From: Octopus sinensis
Lineage: Eukaryota
Length of the DNA stretch: 64,000 nt
Reading direction: 5' to 3'
NCBI RefSeq assembly: GCF_006345805.1
Contig: NC_043000.1
Span: 38,068,001 to 38,132,000, forward strand
Shown here: positions 26,724 to 41,917 of the stretch, one piece after another
Layout: every line of letters begins with the position of its first letter
Position numbering within the stretch: position 1 is the first letter of the stretch
Notes under the pieces: generated by a model
Seen by the model: only the letters and a program-made list of their open reading frames with translations
Databases searched by the model: none
Told to the model about the DNA's origin: nothing
Made by a program: the position numbers and the translations under genes

Positions 26724-27568
26724 GAGACAGACAGAGACAGAGAGAGACAGAGAGAGAGAGACAGAGAGAGAGAGACAGAGAGAGAGAGAGGGAGGAAGAG
26801 AGAGAGAGATAGAGTTTTACAGTAGCAGCACGATAAAGTGGTGCACGATAAAGTTGCCAATGTAATGTGGCAGTCCCATTATTTTGTACAAAATAATGAA
26901 GAGAGGTTTAAACGTAATGTATGTAGTGACAGTCCTACCATTTTTTGAAAGAATCTTTAATGCAATGAATGGAATCAGTCTCCTGTAAAATTCTCATCCA
27001 ACATTTATTTCAAAACAAGGGAAATATTTCTGTAAAATAGGTCAGTCCCTTTATTAAAAAAGATAATGCTTACATTTTATATACAATATATCGCTAGCAG
27101 GGGGAGCGAACCCCTACTACCCTTCATCAGCTAACAGGATCGCGGGACGAACTCAATCTCGAGCCTATTTGCCTCAGCCGCGAGTACCTGCACATTGCAA
27201 TGATAGCTAAGATCCAACGGTAAGCAAAATAACCATCGGTCACTGATTTGCAACAAGCACTACGATCCTCTTCGCTTCTCCCGCTAGCGATATATTGTGG
27301 AGGGCATTGCGCCGATAGCCATAGTAGTAACATTCAACTGCCACTCGTTTTACTGTTTACTTTTCTATTTCTTCTTGAGATATTGCAACGAGTTATTTTG
27401 TTTGTATTTTGTTGAACCTAAACGGATTTTAGTTATCATTATAATCTATTTTGTTTCCAAGGCGTCGCTAAAACAAGCGCCAACTTGGCACTGGGGTCGC
27501 TGTAATCGCCTTACCCACTTCCACGAAATTGCAGGCCTTGTGCCAAAATTTGAAACCAATATTAATAA

Positions 27569-27851
27569 AGTTTTATATTTAAGACATGAAGAATTATGTA
27601 CATTATTTACATTTGACATATGGCGTAGTGGTTAAGAGAGCGGGCTACTAACCCCAAGATTCCGAGTTCGATTCCAGGCAGTGACCTGAATAATAATAAT
27701 AATAATAATAACAACATCGAAAAATACCTTAGGAATGAGAACCCAGGTTCGAAATTTCCCCAAGACACCTGATGAAAGCTGGGGTGGGGTATATCAGCTG
27801 AAACGTTGTGTTAACAACAAACAAAATGAGGACAAATATCCATCAAATGTA
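27569..27851 (+). mobile_element. tRNA-headed SINE whose 3' part carries a hammerhead motif; short inverted 5' tail
   Basis: A box tggcgtagtgg 27621-27631; B box gagttcgattcc 27664-27675; hammerhead 27764-27812; 11-bp TSD aatattaataa at 27558-27568 and 27852-27862. Confidence 0.85.
27764..27812 (+). ncRNA. Minimal type I hammerhead ribozyme motif
   Basis: gacac ctgatga a agctg..cagct gaaa cg tt gtgtt. Confidence 0.65.
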
Positions 27852-28339
27852 AATATTAATAACTCCTGCCAAGGCAGATCGGAAACAGACTAGAAAGTTA
27901 ACAATGTGTTCGATAAGAAACTGACAGATCAGAGTTTCGTATCCTGCCCCTGCCCGGGTGATTTCGTGTAGATTACTATCTCATTTTCTGTTGCTGTCTG
28001 TTTACTACAAGAACTTATCTCGGCTTTGCTAAAAATTCATTCTGGGATTTTGAAAAAGAGCTCAACATCAACAAAAATATGCTGACTATTTTGGTTCCGT
28101 CCTATCGCGTCTTTAGATAATCCAGTTCCAAATACAAACAGAACCTATTTAGGGCTAAAATGCTGCAGATGATTTCTTTCCTTAAGGATTTCATAAATGA
28201 TGGTGAATTTTTCTGTCATAGACGGTAGGCGAGGGTCTCAAAATTTCTGGCTGTGCAACCTGCACATATGGTTTGGTTTATAGGGTTTATGCTGTACATT
28301 AGTTCACCTCCTCCTTCAAATTGATGTTGCCCTAACAAC

Positions 28340-29005
28340 TGCATGGCGTACCACACGTCAGATGTCAAAGGGATCGCAGAGCAACGTAAGGTGAACGCAA
28401 CTTTCCATTCGTTCCACGAATTGTAATTGCGATCTTGCAAACAATACCCTGGGAACCAGACCACGCGCCTTCAACTATAAATGATAGAGTAGTTGTATGG
28501 GGGAAAGCGCTGCATCAGCGAATCGTTGCATCCACCATTCGTTGCTGATTTCTTATTTCTGGCGGAGGACAATATTTCACCACTCAGGCGACAGCCCTCC
28601 AATCCAGAATATGGGTTGCGTTGCTGGTGTGCTGTTGAGCGAAACGGTTTTCGTCCCAGAGGTCGCAGTGGGAGAAGTCCGAAACGTGGTCCTTTGCTAT
28701 TCGTAAGACCCGCACAAGAAAAAACAGGTCAACCCCCGACACCGAGAGCATCGACGGATGGATGAATGCGCATCCAGGCTCAGCGGATGCGTAGGAAGTC
28801 GGGGACAAGAAACAGGAAGAAAGAGTGAGAGAAAGTTGGGGCGAAATAGTACAACAGGGGTAGCCACCATCCCCTACCAGAGCCTCGTGGAGCTTTAGGT
28901 GCTTTCGCTCAATAAAAACACACTACGCCCGGTCTGGGAATCGAAACTGCGATCCTCCGACCGCGAGTCCGCAGCCCTAACCATTGGGCCATTGCGCCTC
29001 CACTT
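28340..29005 (-). mobile_element. Long tRNA-derived SINE (another family); an internally deleted relative at ~37907-37995
   Basis: Minus head ggaggcgcaatggcccaatggttagggctgcggactcgcggtcggaggatcgcagtttcgattccc; 3' boundary uncertain. Confidence 0.6.
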
Positions 29006-29818
29006 GCCGTTGCTGGTGAAGATTTTACGAGAACGGAAGAAAAATACTGTCTCAACCGCTTTTACTCGTCTTTTGTGACATGCAGAGGAAATGCTGGGTC
29101 TATTCGTTCGCATGCCGGTCCCCACACAGCACTAAAGCAAGGTGATATCAAGTGTTTCACTCAAGAACACAAAACGCTACTCGGTCTGGCAATCGAACCT
29201 ACGATCTGCCAATCAAGAGTACGACATCCGAATCACGAAGACAAACGCATTCAACCATAAATGACACAGCTCACTGCAAAAGACGGCAAGGACATTGAGT
29301 AGTAGTATGGTTGTTCATTATCGTGTTGTTCAACAATCAAATATATCCGATGGAAAAAAACAAAAACTCATGCTGTAAAAAAGAACACACAGAACTAACG
29401 AAAACACACCAGTAAATAAACAACTCCCTTACTAGGAACAATAGAGGCAACACCACGACATAACCGCCATTACGACAACAACCTAAACCGCAACAATGAT
29501 ACAATGCAAGAACAATGAGAGGAAAAATATTAATCAAATTTCCTTGTAATAGGAGGAAATGAAATAAAGGCATTCTCTACAGAATCCCATTTTTATCTTT
29601 ATTTTAATGGCTCTTTTATTTTCTCGTCCACTTTCAATATATCTGTAGTGTATTCTTTATAATCTCCCCTCTGTTCTTCCTCGAATTTTTGCGACTTCAT
29701 TTCGTCTGGAACACATTTGGGTTGTTCAATCTGATTTTGTTCCTTTTAATATGTTTTGTTCGTTCCCTGTTCCTTGTATTTCTATATGTTTAAATATACG
29801 TTTTCTGCGTTCGTTTTT

Positions 29819-29852
<34 letters not shown>

Positions 29853-30340
29853 ACATCCCTTCCTTTTAAGCTTTAAACTAATACAACATTTGTTAAATAT
29901 TGTCCTTTCGGCATTGTCTTCTCTTCTGTGTTCATTGCTTTCATTATACATACGTATATTTATATACATGTATATTTATGTGCGTGTGTATATACATATA
30001 TTTATACATAAGTAAGCATGTATATATATATGTACGTATATATATGTGTGTGTGTGTAGATAATTTATGTATATATGTATATATATGCATATCTTTAAAT
30101 ATATATTTGTATATACATACACATATATGTATATATATATTGTATATATATATGTGTGTGTGTATGTGCGTGTGCTAATGTGTGTGTGTGTATATATATA
30201 TATGCATACATATATTTGTACATATATGTATATGTGTATGCATATGTATTGCAAATGTATATATGTATATATATATGTATGTATATGAGTATATATATAC
30301 GCATATATATATGTATATATATATTTGTATATACATACAT

Positions 30341-30373
<33 letters not shown>

Positions 30374-30580
30374 GTATGTGTGTGTGTGTGTGTGCGCGTG
30401 TGTGTGTGCGTGTAATTATTTCTGAACATTTCGCTATTTCACTTTTATCTAATCTGATTTCATATCTCACTAACGCCTATTCTGACTGTCCTCGCCAGCT
30501 ACAAACGTATGCATGCGTATACATGCACACAGACACACATACTTACGTACATAAGAAACACACTATCCTACGCTTATATA

Positions 30581-30628
<48 letters not shown>

Positions 30629-30657
30629 TTTATACATATATGCACACACTCACGCAA

Positions 30658-30692
<35 letters not shown>

Positions 30693-31490
30693 ATATATTC
30701 ATATACACAGGCGCACACTATATTATGCCTATATGCATCTATATGCATTCGTTTGTGTGAAACCATTCGCTCATGTACTCGTACAATTAATATAGATTCA
30801 CACCTATATACACATATATACACCCATACACACATACATATATATATATATACGTATGTATGCATATATGTGTGTGCAAATGTATTTAAATACATATATA
30901 TATATATACGTGCGCACATTCAGATACAGCTGTATATGCAACACGCGTAAGTCTATGTATGTATGTATGATGTATGTATGTATGATGTATGTATGTATGT
31001 GTTGTATGTATGTATGTAGTATGTATGTATGTATGGTGTATGTATGTATGTATGTATGATGTATGTATGTATGTATGTATGTATGTATGTATGTTGTATG
31101 TATGTATGTTGTATGTATGTATGTATGTATGTATGTATGTATGTAGTGTGTATGTATGTATGTATGGTGTATGTATGTATGTGTGTATGTATGTATGTGT
31201 GTATGTATGTATGTAGTATGTATGTATGTATGTATGTGTGTATGTATGTATGTGTGTATGTATGTATGTGTGTATGTATGTATGTATGTATGTATGTATG
31301 TATGTATGTATGTATCTATCTATCTATCTATCTATCTATTTTGTTGGTCTATCTGTTGTCAGCTTGTCAGGATAAGCGTTCATCTTCGCAGACATACGCA
31401 ATATCATTCCCCACTCTTTCTCCCTCATTTAAAATTATTAGCATAGACATAAATATATTCACATATGTATGTGTCAGAATACATATATAC

Positions 31491-31554
<64 letters not shown>

Positions 31555-31645
31555 TGTTTTTGTCTATATGAATTTGTATTTATATTTCTTTTGTCTTCTA
31601 TTTGCATGCGTTTTTTTAAAACACAAAGCATTCTGCACACACACA

Positions 31646-31695
<50 letters not shown>

Positions 31696-31894
31696 ACACA
31701 CACTCACACAGTGACACGCACACATACATGCCAAACACACATTAACATATATCATTTGATCTGTCGTATAATACACAGATTCTCCTCTTTCAACCATTTT
31801 TTAACTTTATCTATCCTATCTCTCTTTTTTCCTTTCCTTCCTTCCGCCTTTGTTCTTCTCTTCGTTCTCAGCTTCAGTTACCCCTTTCTTCCAG

Positions 31895-32001
<107 letters not shown>

Positions 32002-32743
32002 CGCATGCGTGTGTGTCCCTCTTATCTAATATCACTTCATATTCCTTATTATTGTAGTGAAAACGCTAGCCCTTTATTTTTTTCTATTTAATTAAAACCT
32101 TTAATTCATTTTCATGACTCACCAATGAGGGGGAATGAGGTACGAAACGGGAAATATATAATTCTCCTGGATATATGTCTGTGTGTATGTTCATGTAGAT
32201 GTGTGTGTATATCCATGCATACACACACATACACACATATATTGTAAGTGTTTAATGTGTGCCTATGTAAATGTATGTGTGCATGTGTGTCCGTGTGTGT
32301 ATGTGTGTGTATGTGTGTGTGTGTGTGAGAGAGAGAAGGAGAGAGACAAAATCCTGTAACGGATGGCATTCACGATTGAGTGTTTAGGACGGTATCAAAA
32401 ATGGATGCACACGTCAATCTTTTGATCTTGTTTGCTTGATGTGTTCATACTTATTTAATTCCAGCCTGGCAAGCTTCACCACATCAGCAGAAATATTTGT
32501 TTTCACTGATTTCAATATAGGAACATAAGTTCTTTTCCTGCTCAAAAAGACTGAGGCAGTGCATAAGACTGAGGGGTGGGCTTACTCAGAAACACTGCGG
32601 TCTAATAGTCCGCAACATCATTTTGACCTTAAGAATCCGAGACCAAATCCCGTAGGAAATGCTATTCAGCTTCGGGCATTAGAAATAGATGTACATATCA
32701 TTTATTTATACATCAATTAATCAATCAATCAATCAATCAACCA

Positions 32744-32886
<143 letters not shown>

Positions 32887-33489
32887 CTAACTATCTATCC
32901 TGTCTGCATGTCTGTTTATCCCCCTCTCTGTAAAAGTGTAGACTAGATAAGCACTGGAATAGTGCTCGAACTGGACTTAATTTTGAATACCTAACGTTTT
33001 AATCACGTGATAGATAGTCCAGCAGAACAAAAGCTGATAATAAGAAACATGCAGCTCGAGTGAATAATAATAAACAGATAAAAGACGGATTAGCGGTTGT
33101 ACACGCAACCGAACCCATTCTAAAGATGTTACGTAGATAATCCTTAATCCTTTCTAGAGTAGGAAGAAGGCCTGAAATTTTGTACTTATTCCATCGATCC
33201 CAGAAGGGGAAAGGCAAAGCCGACTTCGGCGGAATTTGAACCCAGAACATAGAGACAGTGAAATGCCGCTAAGTACTGCATGCTAACGACTCTGCCAGCT
33301 CGCTGCCTTATGCTGCATAAATAATAATTAGAAAAAACATAGTCCTTTTATGTGTCGATGCTTGTGTTACTAAAAGATGAAACAACTGGCATAGAAACTT
33401 AGTTTCAAGCTCAAGTTGCAGAAACGATTCTTTGCTGGTGGAAAGTATAACAATTTATAAGCAAAAATTATTTTAAATTTTATCGAAAC

Positions 33490-33654
33490 AGCGCAGGAGT
33501 AGCTGTGTGGTAAGTAGTTTGTTTACCAATCACATAGTTCCGGGTTCAGTCCCACTGCGTGGCACCTTGGGCAAGTGTCTTCTACTATAGCCTCGGGCCG
33601 ACCAATGCCTTGTGAGTGGATTTGGTAGGCGGAAACTGAAAGAAGCCTGTCGTA

Positions 33655-33724
<70 letters not shown>

Positions 33725-33925
33725 CTGTGTTGTCCCCCTAGCATTGCTTGACAACCGGTGCTGGTGTGTTTACGTCCCCGTCACTTAGCGGTTCGGCAAA
33801 AGAGACCGATAGAATAAGTACTGGGCTTACAAAGAATAAGTCCCGGGGTCGATTTGCTCGACTAAAAGACGGTGCTCCAGCATGGCCGCAGTCAAAGGAC
33901 TGAAACAAGTAAAAGAGTAAAAGAG
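33490..33925 (+). mobile_element. Family B SINE: tRNA head, CORE-like ccttgggcaagt, internal (TA)n(TG)n, (taaaagag)n tail
   Basis: Near-collinear copies at 37350-37700(-), 41475-41870, 54140-54515, 62645-63085; partial 50890-51060. Confidence 0.8.
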
Positions 33926-34572
33926 TATACTATTCGTTGGCATCACATGGGAAATTGATTCTTCACTGAGAATATCCTTTGAAGAAATCGTTACATTTTC
34001 AGCCGCTCGTTCCTATGTTCAGTATTAACCAGACAGAAATTTGACCAACAGAATGTCACATGTTCAAGTTTTGACATTGCTACATAAATTAACATTGAAC
34101 TGTGGTACATTTTTTTCAAGTATGGAAGGTAATTTGGAACTGTACGTTAAGGCTGAGACCTGATGTAGCTTATTTGCTAGATATATATTTTTGTCGGGAT
34201 TAACGGAAAATTTTGTGTCTCACAGTATAGAAACAGTTCTCATGGCACCAGCAGAAAAAAGGGAAAAAACGTTACCCCGGAAGAGAGCAGGATGTGCCGG
34301 AAGAAAAATTCTAACGCACGGGGCTTGCACCTGCTGACAGCAACCTCTGCCCTGATAGTATTAAGCAGGGATATGGTCTGGGGGCAAGAATGCCTGGGGT
34401 CTCGATTGCCACAGGCTTACGCTTAAATCTGTTGGAGAGCGACCGATATCTTGATAGTTTTTCTTAACCTGATGAGGAGCGGAATCTGGGGTGGAAGCTG
34501 ACAAAAGCCAAGTTGCTGCTATTTCTGAAATCCAATTTGGTAGCCATTTGGTGAGTAGAATGTACTAAAACC

Positions 34573-34724
34573 ATGGGTATGTGCGCATAGAAAGACGTCA
34601 AACTTATACATATACATCTAAATGTATAAAATCGTATTTCATCAACGACCCCATGAAACGGGTGGTGTATCACAAGGTTGTTTGAATTCTTCGCTCACAT
34701 TAGCTTTGCTAGTCCTTCACATTA

Positions 34725-34781
<57 letters not shown>

Positions 34782-34969
34782 CGCTTTGTGTATATATATA
34801 TTTATATATATATACACATGTATATATATATAAACACATGTATATATATATATACATGTGTGTGTATATCTATGTATATATGTACATATATATATATAAT
34901 ATAATAATATACATGTATATATAATATGGTATACAGACTCACATTTATATATATAATATACATATGGAA

Positions 34970-35003
<34 letters not shown>

Positions 35004-35146
35004 CTATATATTATATATTATATACACATACATATATATATGCGCATGTATGTATATATATATATACATATATGCGCATGTATTGTATTATACATATACT
35101 ATATATATATAATATATATATACACACACAATGTATATATATATAC

Positions 35147-35177
<31 letters not shown>

Positions 35178-35382
35178 AATATATATATAACAAAGTGATA
35201 GATAGATAGATAGAGAGAGAGGATATTATTAATGTGAAGGACTAGCAAAGCTAATGTGAGCGAAGATTCAAACTATCTTGTGATACACCACCCGTTTCAT
35301 GGGGTCGTTGATGAAATACAATTTTATACATTTTAGATGGTATATGTAAAAGTTTGACGTCTTTCTATGCGCACATGCCCAT
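34573..35382. repeat. ~160-bp inverted repeats flanking a microsatellite core
   Basis: 34573-34730 is the reverse complement of ~35222-35382. Confidence 0.85.
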
Positions 35383-35407
35383 ACAAACATCATATATTAT
35401 ATGTATG

Positions 35408-35457
<50 letters not shown>

Positions 35458-35610
35458 ATATTAATATAAAAAAAAGAAAAAGAACGTCATAGAGCTAGCC
35501 AGCTGGATTGTCTGTTCTGGCATGGTTTTATGGCTAGATGCCCTTCTTAATGTCAATCACTTTCTGTTTTCATATATATCAAACTGTACCAAGGATCTCA
35601 CACATTTTCC

Positions 35611-35651
<41 letters not shown>

Positions 35652-35730
35652 TACATGCACATACACATACACACTCACACACATGCACACTCATATAATA
35701 TATATATATATATTATAATATATATATATT

Positions 35731-35943
35731 ACAGTAAACTTTCGATTACTGTATCGCGGTTGTTACGTTCCAAAACCTCTCACAGAAATAATTAAAATCT
35801 AAAACGGTATAAATACCTGTCGGCCGTAGAAGCCCGCGATAGACTGAGGAGTCTGCGATATAAATTTACATACATTAGCTAGGAAAATCCGCGATGGACT
35901 GGAGTGCGCGATAGGTGAACCTCGATATGGTGAGAGATTATAC
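35731..35943. mobile_element. Probable Tigger-like MITE
   Basis: Begins ta-cagtaaactttcg, ends gaacctcgatatggtgagagatta-ta-ctt; internal ccgcgata repeats; TIR match is imperfect. Confidence 0.4.
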
Positions 35944-36979
35944 TTGGCGTTTGTTTTCAGTCAAAGATGAGGAGGCAAGAAGTGCGGAACGAGGATAGGT
36001 GGGACTGAGGGGTGAAGAGTAGTGGGTAGCATTGAACTTGAAGCCATGGGGTATGACGTGATGATGGAGGCGACGGTTAAGGTCTGTGATGTGGCTGGAA
36101 TAGCAAGTTTTTTTTTTTTTTTCCGAAAATGAATTAGATGTATAGGGGGTTGCAGACATACAGGAGTAATGTCGGAAAGGAAACGAGAGAGAAGAGAGCG
36201 GAGTTATTGGAGGAAGTAATGAAGATGTAAGTGTAGGTGTAGGTGTGGATGATAGTGTGGAGGATGGAAAAATGAAAGACAGTGGAAGGAGAACTGAATT
36301 AGAGTCAAGTGAAGAGAAGAGAGGTGGAAGAGTCACGGAAAAATTACAATGATTTACATACAATCAAAGGTGCGGAAGTGATGAACGAATCAAAAGGTAA
36401 CGTAATCCAATGGTAGAGTGAGGGATTCATGAATCAGGTACGCCAAAACAGTCGGAATGACTTGGACGGTCCGTGTGAATGCGCAGTAAATGGTCAATTC
36501 AACGAATGAACAACTCAGAAAACGAAAAAAAAAAGAAAAAAACGAAAAGAGAAAAAGAGAGAGAAAAAAAAACGAACGTGAGGACGTGTATAAGAATTAT
36601 ATTAGTTTGACACTTGGTGAAAGGAGAAAGTTTTTAATGTTTCGAGCATGGCTCTTCGTCGGGAAGGAGAAAGGGAAAAGTCGAAAGAAGAAAAAGTAAA
36701 ATCGCCAACGCAGCACGTGAGGTTACATTTCTGAAGTGACCAGAAGTGGAAGGAGATAGAGAAAATGGATTTTCATGTCGTTACTCACAAAACAATTTTA
36801 CATAACATTGAAAACTTGAAGAATTACCCAATAAGTTTTGTTTGCATAGTTCATATTTATTATAAACTTACATAAAGAGGGGCGACGGTACTTTCGAAGT
36901 TTCGAGCACCTAACCGTCGCTAGAACGCGAGTTAGCCGAAAGTTGAATCAGAGTAATACGGTTCTCGTAAAAGCACTAC

Positions 36980-37033
<54 letters not shown>

Positions 37034-37349
37034 AATACCAACTAGTATAGTTATTAAATTTGATAGAAAGGGAGAGGCTGGTTCGCTGGTGTAACAGTAA
37101 CACACTTAATCGCGTTAACGAAGGGGTATGGTTTCGAGACCCACGCTGACAGGAAAGCCTTCTTTTTCTCTGTCGAGGGCTTATCTGCCCCTTTATAAGA
37201 CTATTTTTCTTAGTCATTGCACGGTGATTGCTTTAAGCTTCTATAAAAAGAAAAATATACCATTATTATTATTTACAGGATTGTAAAATACGGCGACGCA
37301 TAAAAAACATTCGCACCGAAAGTATATACTTATGTATATAAACAATAGT

Positions 37350-37700
37350 CTTTTAATTATTTCGCTCCGGCCAAGCTGAAGCATCGCCTTCAAGTCGAGC
37401 AAATCGACCCCAGGACATTTCTTTTGTAAGCCTGGTTCTTATTTTATGGGAACTTTGGCCGAATCTCTAAGTGACGGGGTCGTAAACACACCAGCATCAG
37501 TTGGTCAGGCGACGGTGGGGGAACAGACATAGGCACACAAACGCGCGCACACACATACATATATGACGGGCTTCTTTCAGTTTCCATCTACCTAATCCAC
37601 TCACAAGACTTTGCTTGACCCGAGTCTACAATAGAAGACTCCTGCCCAAGGTGCCATGCAGTGGGACAGAACCAGGAACCATGTGATTGATAAGCTCCAG
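37350..37700 (-). mobile_element. Family B SINE
   Basis: Reverse complement of family B body and tail. Confidence 0.7.
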
Positions 37701-37868
37701 CTCCTATTATATATATATATATATATAAACATTACATATGTGTGTATATTGAGTTCTATAACACCAGGTTACTTGTACATCTACCTATATATGTATACAC
37801 ACACACACATACATACATAAATATATTCACTTAAACTATTATACATGCATGCATATACATACACAAGC

Positions 37869-37899
<31 letters not shown>

Positions 37900-38013
37900 C
37901 ACGTGATCACGTGACCGACCAGACCATCAGATGTTGTTACACATCGCTGGGAATCGAAACCGCGATCCTGCGACCGCGAGTCCGCTGCCCTAGCACTAGG
38001 CTATATATATATA

Positions 38014-38051
<38 letters not shown>

Positions 38052-38125
38052 ATATATATCGTCTTCTAAGTTCTTATGCGTTCTTGCCTCAGTTTGTATT
38101 TTTCTACATATCATAATATATATAT

Positions 38126-38165
<40 letters not shown>

Positions 38166-38425
38166 AACTTATATTCAAACAGAATCGGCGCATACGCAGC
38201 ATTTATGTATGTAATTATAAAAACCTGTTCGGGTATGTTTCGGTTTCGGTTGTGTATAAACACACACATACACACGATAACTCGCACACTCAACACACAC
38301 ACACATACACACACACGCGCGCACACTACAGCTGCGCACACACACATATATATGTATATATATATATAACACACGCACCACGCACACACATATATATAGG
38401 TATATATATATATATATATAGATAT

Positions 38426-38457
<32 letters not shown>

Positions 38458-41105
38458 ATATATATATGTACTTATATATACCCGCCTATATATGTATAAT
38501 TATAAACATCAGTATATATTTATATATATAATATATAATATATATATGCACACATACAAATATAAATATATATATATATATGAATATATGTATGTATGTA
38601 TGTATATATATATATAAATACATGTAGATATGTATATCTATGTGCATATACATACACGCACCAATATATATATATATATGTATATATATATATGCATACA
38701 TACATACATACATACATACATACATACATACATACATACATACGTACGTACACACATACATGCATAGAAGAGTATGTTTGTGTTTATGAAGACTATAACA
38801 GATGAGGTTCGTCAGAGGGCAGCTCATAGAAAATTATTTATTTCCCGTAGTAACGAAGTAACATTAATAGTGACCTTGTATCGCTATTGTTTACAACAAC
38901 AAAATCGACAACAACAACGACAACAAGAACAGCATCAAGAACAATCTAAAACAATAACACACTTTGGTAGACATATACACACTTGCAATCGTATACACCC
39001 TGCATATGCACACTGGTAAGAAGTACAACTCCATCTGCTTCTCTTTCTATGTCTATGTGTGAGTACATGTATATATGTATGTATGTATGTATGTACGTAC
39101 GTATGTATGTATGTGTGTGTGAGTGTGCGCATGTGTGCGTACCTATATATGTATGTGCGTTTGTGCGTGTGTATGGCTGTATGTGTGTGTGCGTGTGTAT
39201 GTACGTATATGTGTATGCGTGTGTTTGCGTGTTAGCATGTATATATGCCTACATTTATCTATGCATGTGTGTGGTCGTGTATATGTATGCACGTATGAAC
39301 GTATGCTTGTATGCATGCAAGTAGGTATATGCGTGTATATGTTAGTATGCATGTATGCATGTGTGCGCGTGTATATCCATATATATGCGTGTGTATGTAT
39401 GTATGCACATATGTATGTACGTCCTGGGGATGACTTTAAACAGAATCCGGTAGCAGAACCATGTTACGAGATTTCCAGAATGTTGAGGAGTATGGAAAGG
39501 GCTCTTAGCCACTATTGTCTCTGAGTAATAGCACCAGTTAAGATCCAGCATTAGGTGAATTAGCATGTGAACCCCTTCAAGTAAAGAGCCCCTAGTTCTC
39601 GTTAGAAGATTCATCGAGAAGTGGAAAAAACACTCGGAATCGCAGTTGCTTTTCGAGCGTCTCCTCTTCTCTTGTGCTACAAAATGTGTTGCAGAGGGCG
39701 TTGGTAAGTGTGCGTTCAGAGATACGTAAAATTCTATCCACTCAAGACAAATTCCTGCCCAAGAGCTTCTTGTACTCTTTGAACGATTGCACCGGTTTGC
39801 TGAATGGAGTAAATGGTTCAACTCAGTCATAAGTGCACTTTCTCTCCCCCCTCTCTATCTATATATATATATGTAGGCTCGAAACGTTGAAGACTTTCTC
39901 ACATTCCCGAGTGTCAAACTAGTACACCTGCTTGTTGTTTATGCACCTGTCTTCGTCTTTTGTCTTTCTGTAAATTTCAACTATATATATACATATATGT
40001 ATGTATATAGATGTATAAATGTATGTATATGTACATGTATACACACACACACACATATAAACATCCGAGGACTGCAAATTATATTCAAATATATAAGGGG
40101 AAAAGCCACTAAGTGGATTCCTTGTATGCTGAAGATAGATGCCAAACTGCTTTCATTTCTCTTGCACGCAAACATGTAGCGCACTGCTAATTTGAGAAAG
40201 ACAGTTTTCGTGAGCAAACGACTAAGTGGCTTTTCCTCTTATTTATATATTTGAACATAATTTGCAGTTCTTGGGCGTTTTTTACGTATGCTGGCCAAGG
40301 CTCTCAGTATGAACAGGGTAGCAAAACGGCGGTGCACTAGCATGGCCACAGCTCTGAGCTGAAACTACGAAGAAAAGAAATAATAAGAAGAAATAAATAA
40401 AAAAGTTAATTTCACGCCTTATCATTTAAGTTTTCAATATCTTTGTTCCCTGATCAGTTAATTCACTGCTGAATTCTATTCACTGCGGGTTTTCTTTTTC
40501 TGGCTTGGCGCGCTAGTTGAAGACATTTGAATCGGAATTGCAATGTATGATAGTGGAACTCTATACGCATGTGTCCTCTCAGGGAGGCGATTGGTATCTA
40601 CATCGATTATTATGTGTCGATTTCACTGAGGAGCCACGGATAATTCCTTAATTAATTATGGCGAAAGTTCGACGTATAGAATTAACTGCTTTTTTGTTTT
40701 TTTACCTTTCAATTGTCTTGCTCTCAAACAACTAGCACTCTGCTAATTTGACAACACATTTTTCGTTGTAGGACGACTTGGAGTCTATCTTCAGCATACA
40801 AGGAATCCACACACATACACATACACACACATACACATGCGCACATATAGGAAGTTATCTCATCCCGTATATTATTTTACTGCTGTAATGTTAGTATCAT
40901 AACCCGATAGCTAATAATTAATAGTTTATAGAAATATTTATAGAGCACTTTGCTTGGCAATATTTTGCTACTTAATATCAAGTTTGTGTATGTATGTATA
41001 TATATTTTCATCCTCTCTCTGTTTAATTCATCGTGTTCCTTTCTGACGAGCGTAGGCTCGAAACGGAAAAGACTTCTTCCATTGTTCCTGAGCGTCAAAC
41101 TAATA

Positions 41106-41156
<51 letters not shown>

Positions 41157-41160
41157 ATAG

Positions 41161-41192
<32 letters not shown>

Positions 41193-41245
41193 GCTATATA
41201 TATATATCTATGTATATAGTGTGTGTGTGTATTTTATCTATATAT

Positions 41246-41292
<47 letters not shown>

Positions 41293-41474
41293 TATATAAT
41301 ATATAAATTAGAAAAAAGCCGCCATTTATCAATTCAATTAAGAAAAATAAATTATACCATTTAGAAAAAGTTACATATTATAGAAAGTTTATATATAAGA
41401 TAAAACATATAACGATGATTAAGTAATGTGCACAAATTTTTCCTGTAAGTTTGGAATAATATTCCCTCATATTA

Positions 41475-41870
41475 TATAACCAACCACATAGTTCCGGGTT
41501 CAGTCCCACTACGTGTCATCTTGGGCAAGTCTTCTGCTATAGCCCTGGTCCGACCAATTCCTTATGAGTGGATTTGGTAGACGGAAGCTGAAAGAAGCCT
41601 GTCGTATATATGTATTTATATATATATATATGTATGTGTGTGTGTTTGTGTGTCTGTGTTTGTCCCCCTAGCATTGCTTGACAACCGATGCTGGTGCGCT
41701 TACGTCCCCGTCTCCGTCACTTAGCGGTTCGGCAAAAGAGACCGATAGAATAAGTACTGGGCTTACAAAGAATAAGTTCCGGGTCGATTTGCTCGATTAA
41801 AGGCGGTGCACCAGCATGGCGCAGTCAAATGACTGAAACAAGTAAAAGAGTAAAAGAGGTAAAAGAGAGT
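41475..41870 (+). mobile_element. Family B SINE
   Basis: ccgggttcagtccc, cttgggcaagt, taaaagag tail. Confidence 0.8.
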
Positions 41871-41881
41871 AATATAATATA

Positions 41882-41912
<31 letters not shown>

Positions 41913-41917
<5 letters not shown>

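Noticed and set aside
27083-27298. Functional hammerhead in the small 27-bp inverted-repeat element
   Set aside because: ctgatga present on minus strand but GAAA is missing; counted only as a fold-back relic
27621-27680. tRNA gene (also at ~28930-29005 and other SINE heads)
   Set aside because: A and B boxes only, no closed acceptor stem, continuous with SINE bodies
39605-39715. Possible host exon ending at g|gtaagt
   Set aside because: All three frames are open and none resembles a known protein; no supporting neighbouring exons
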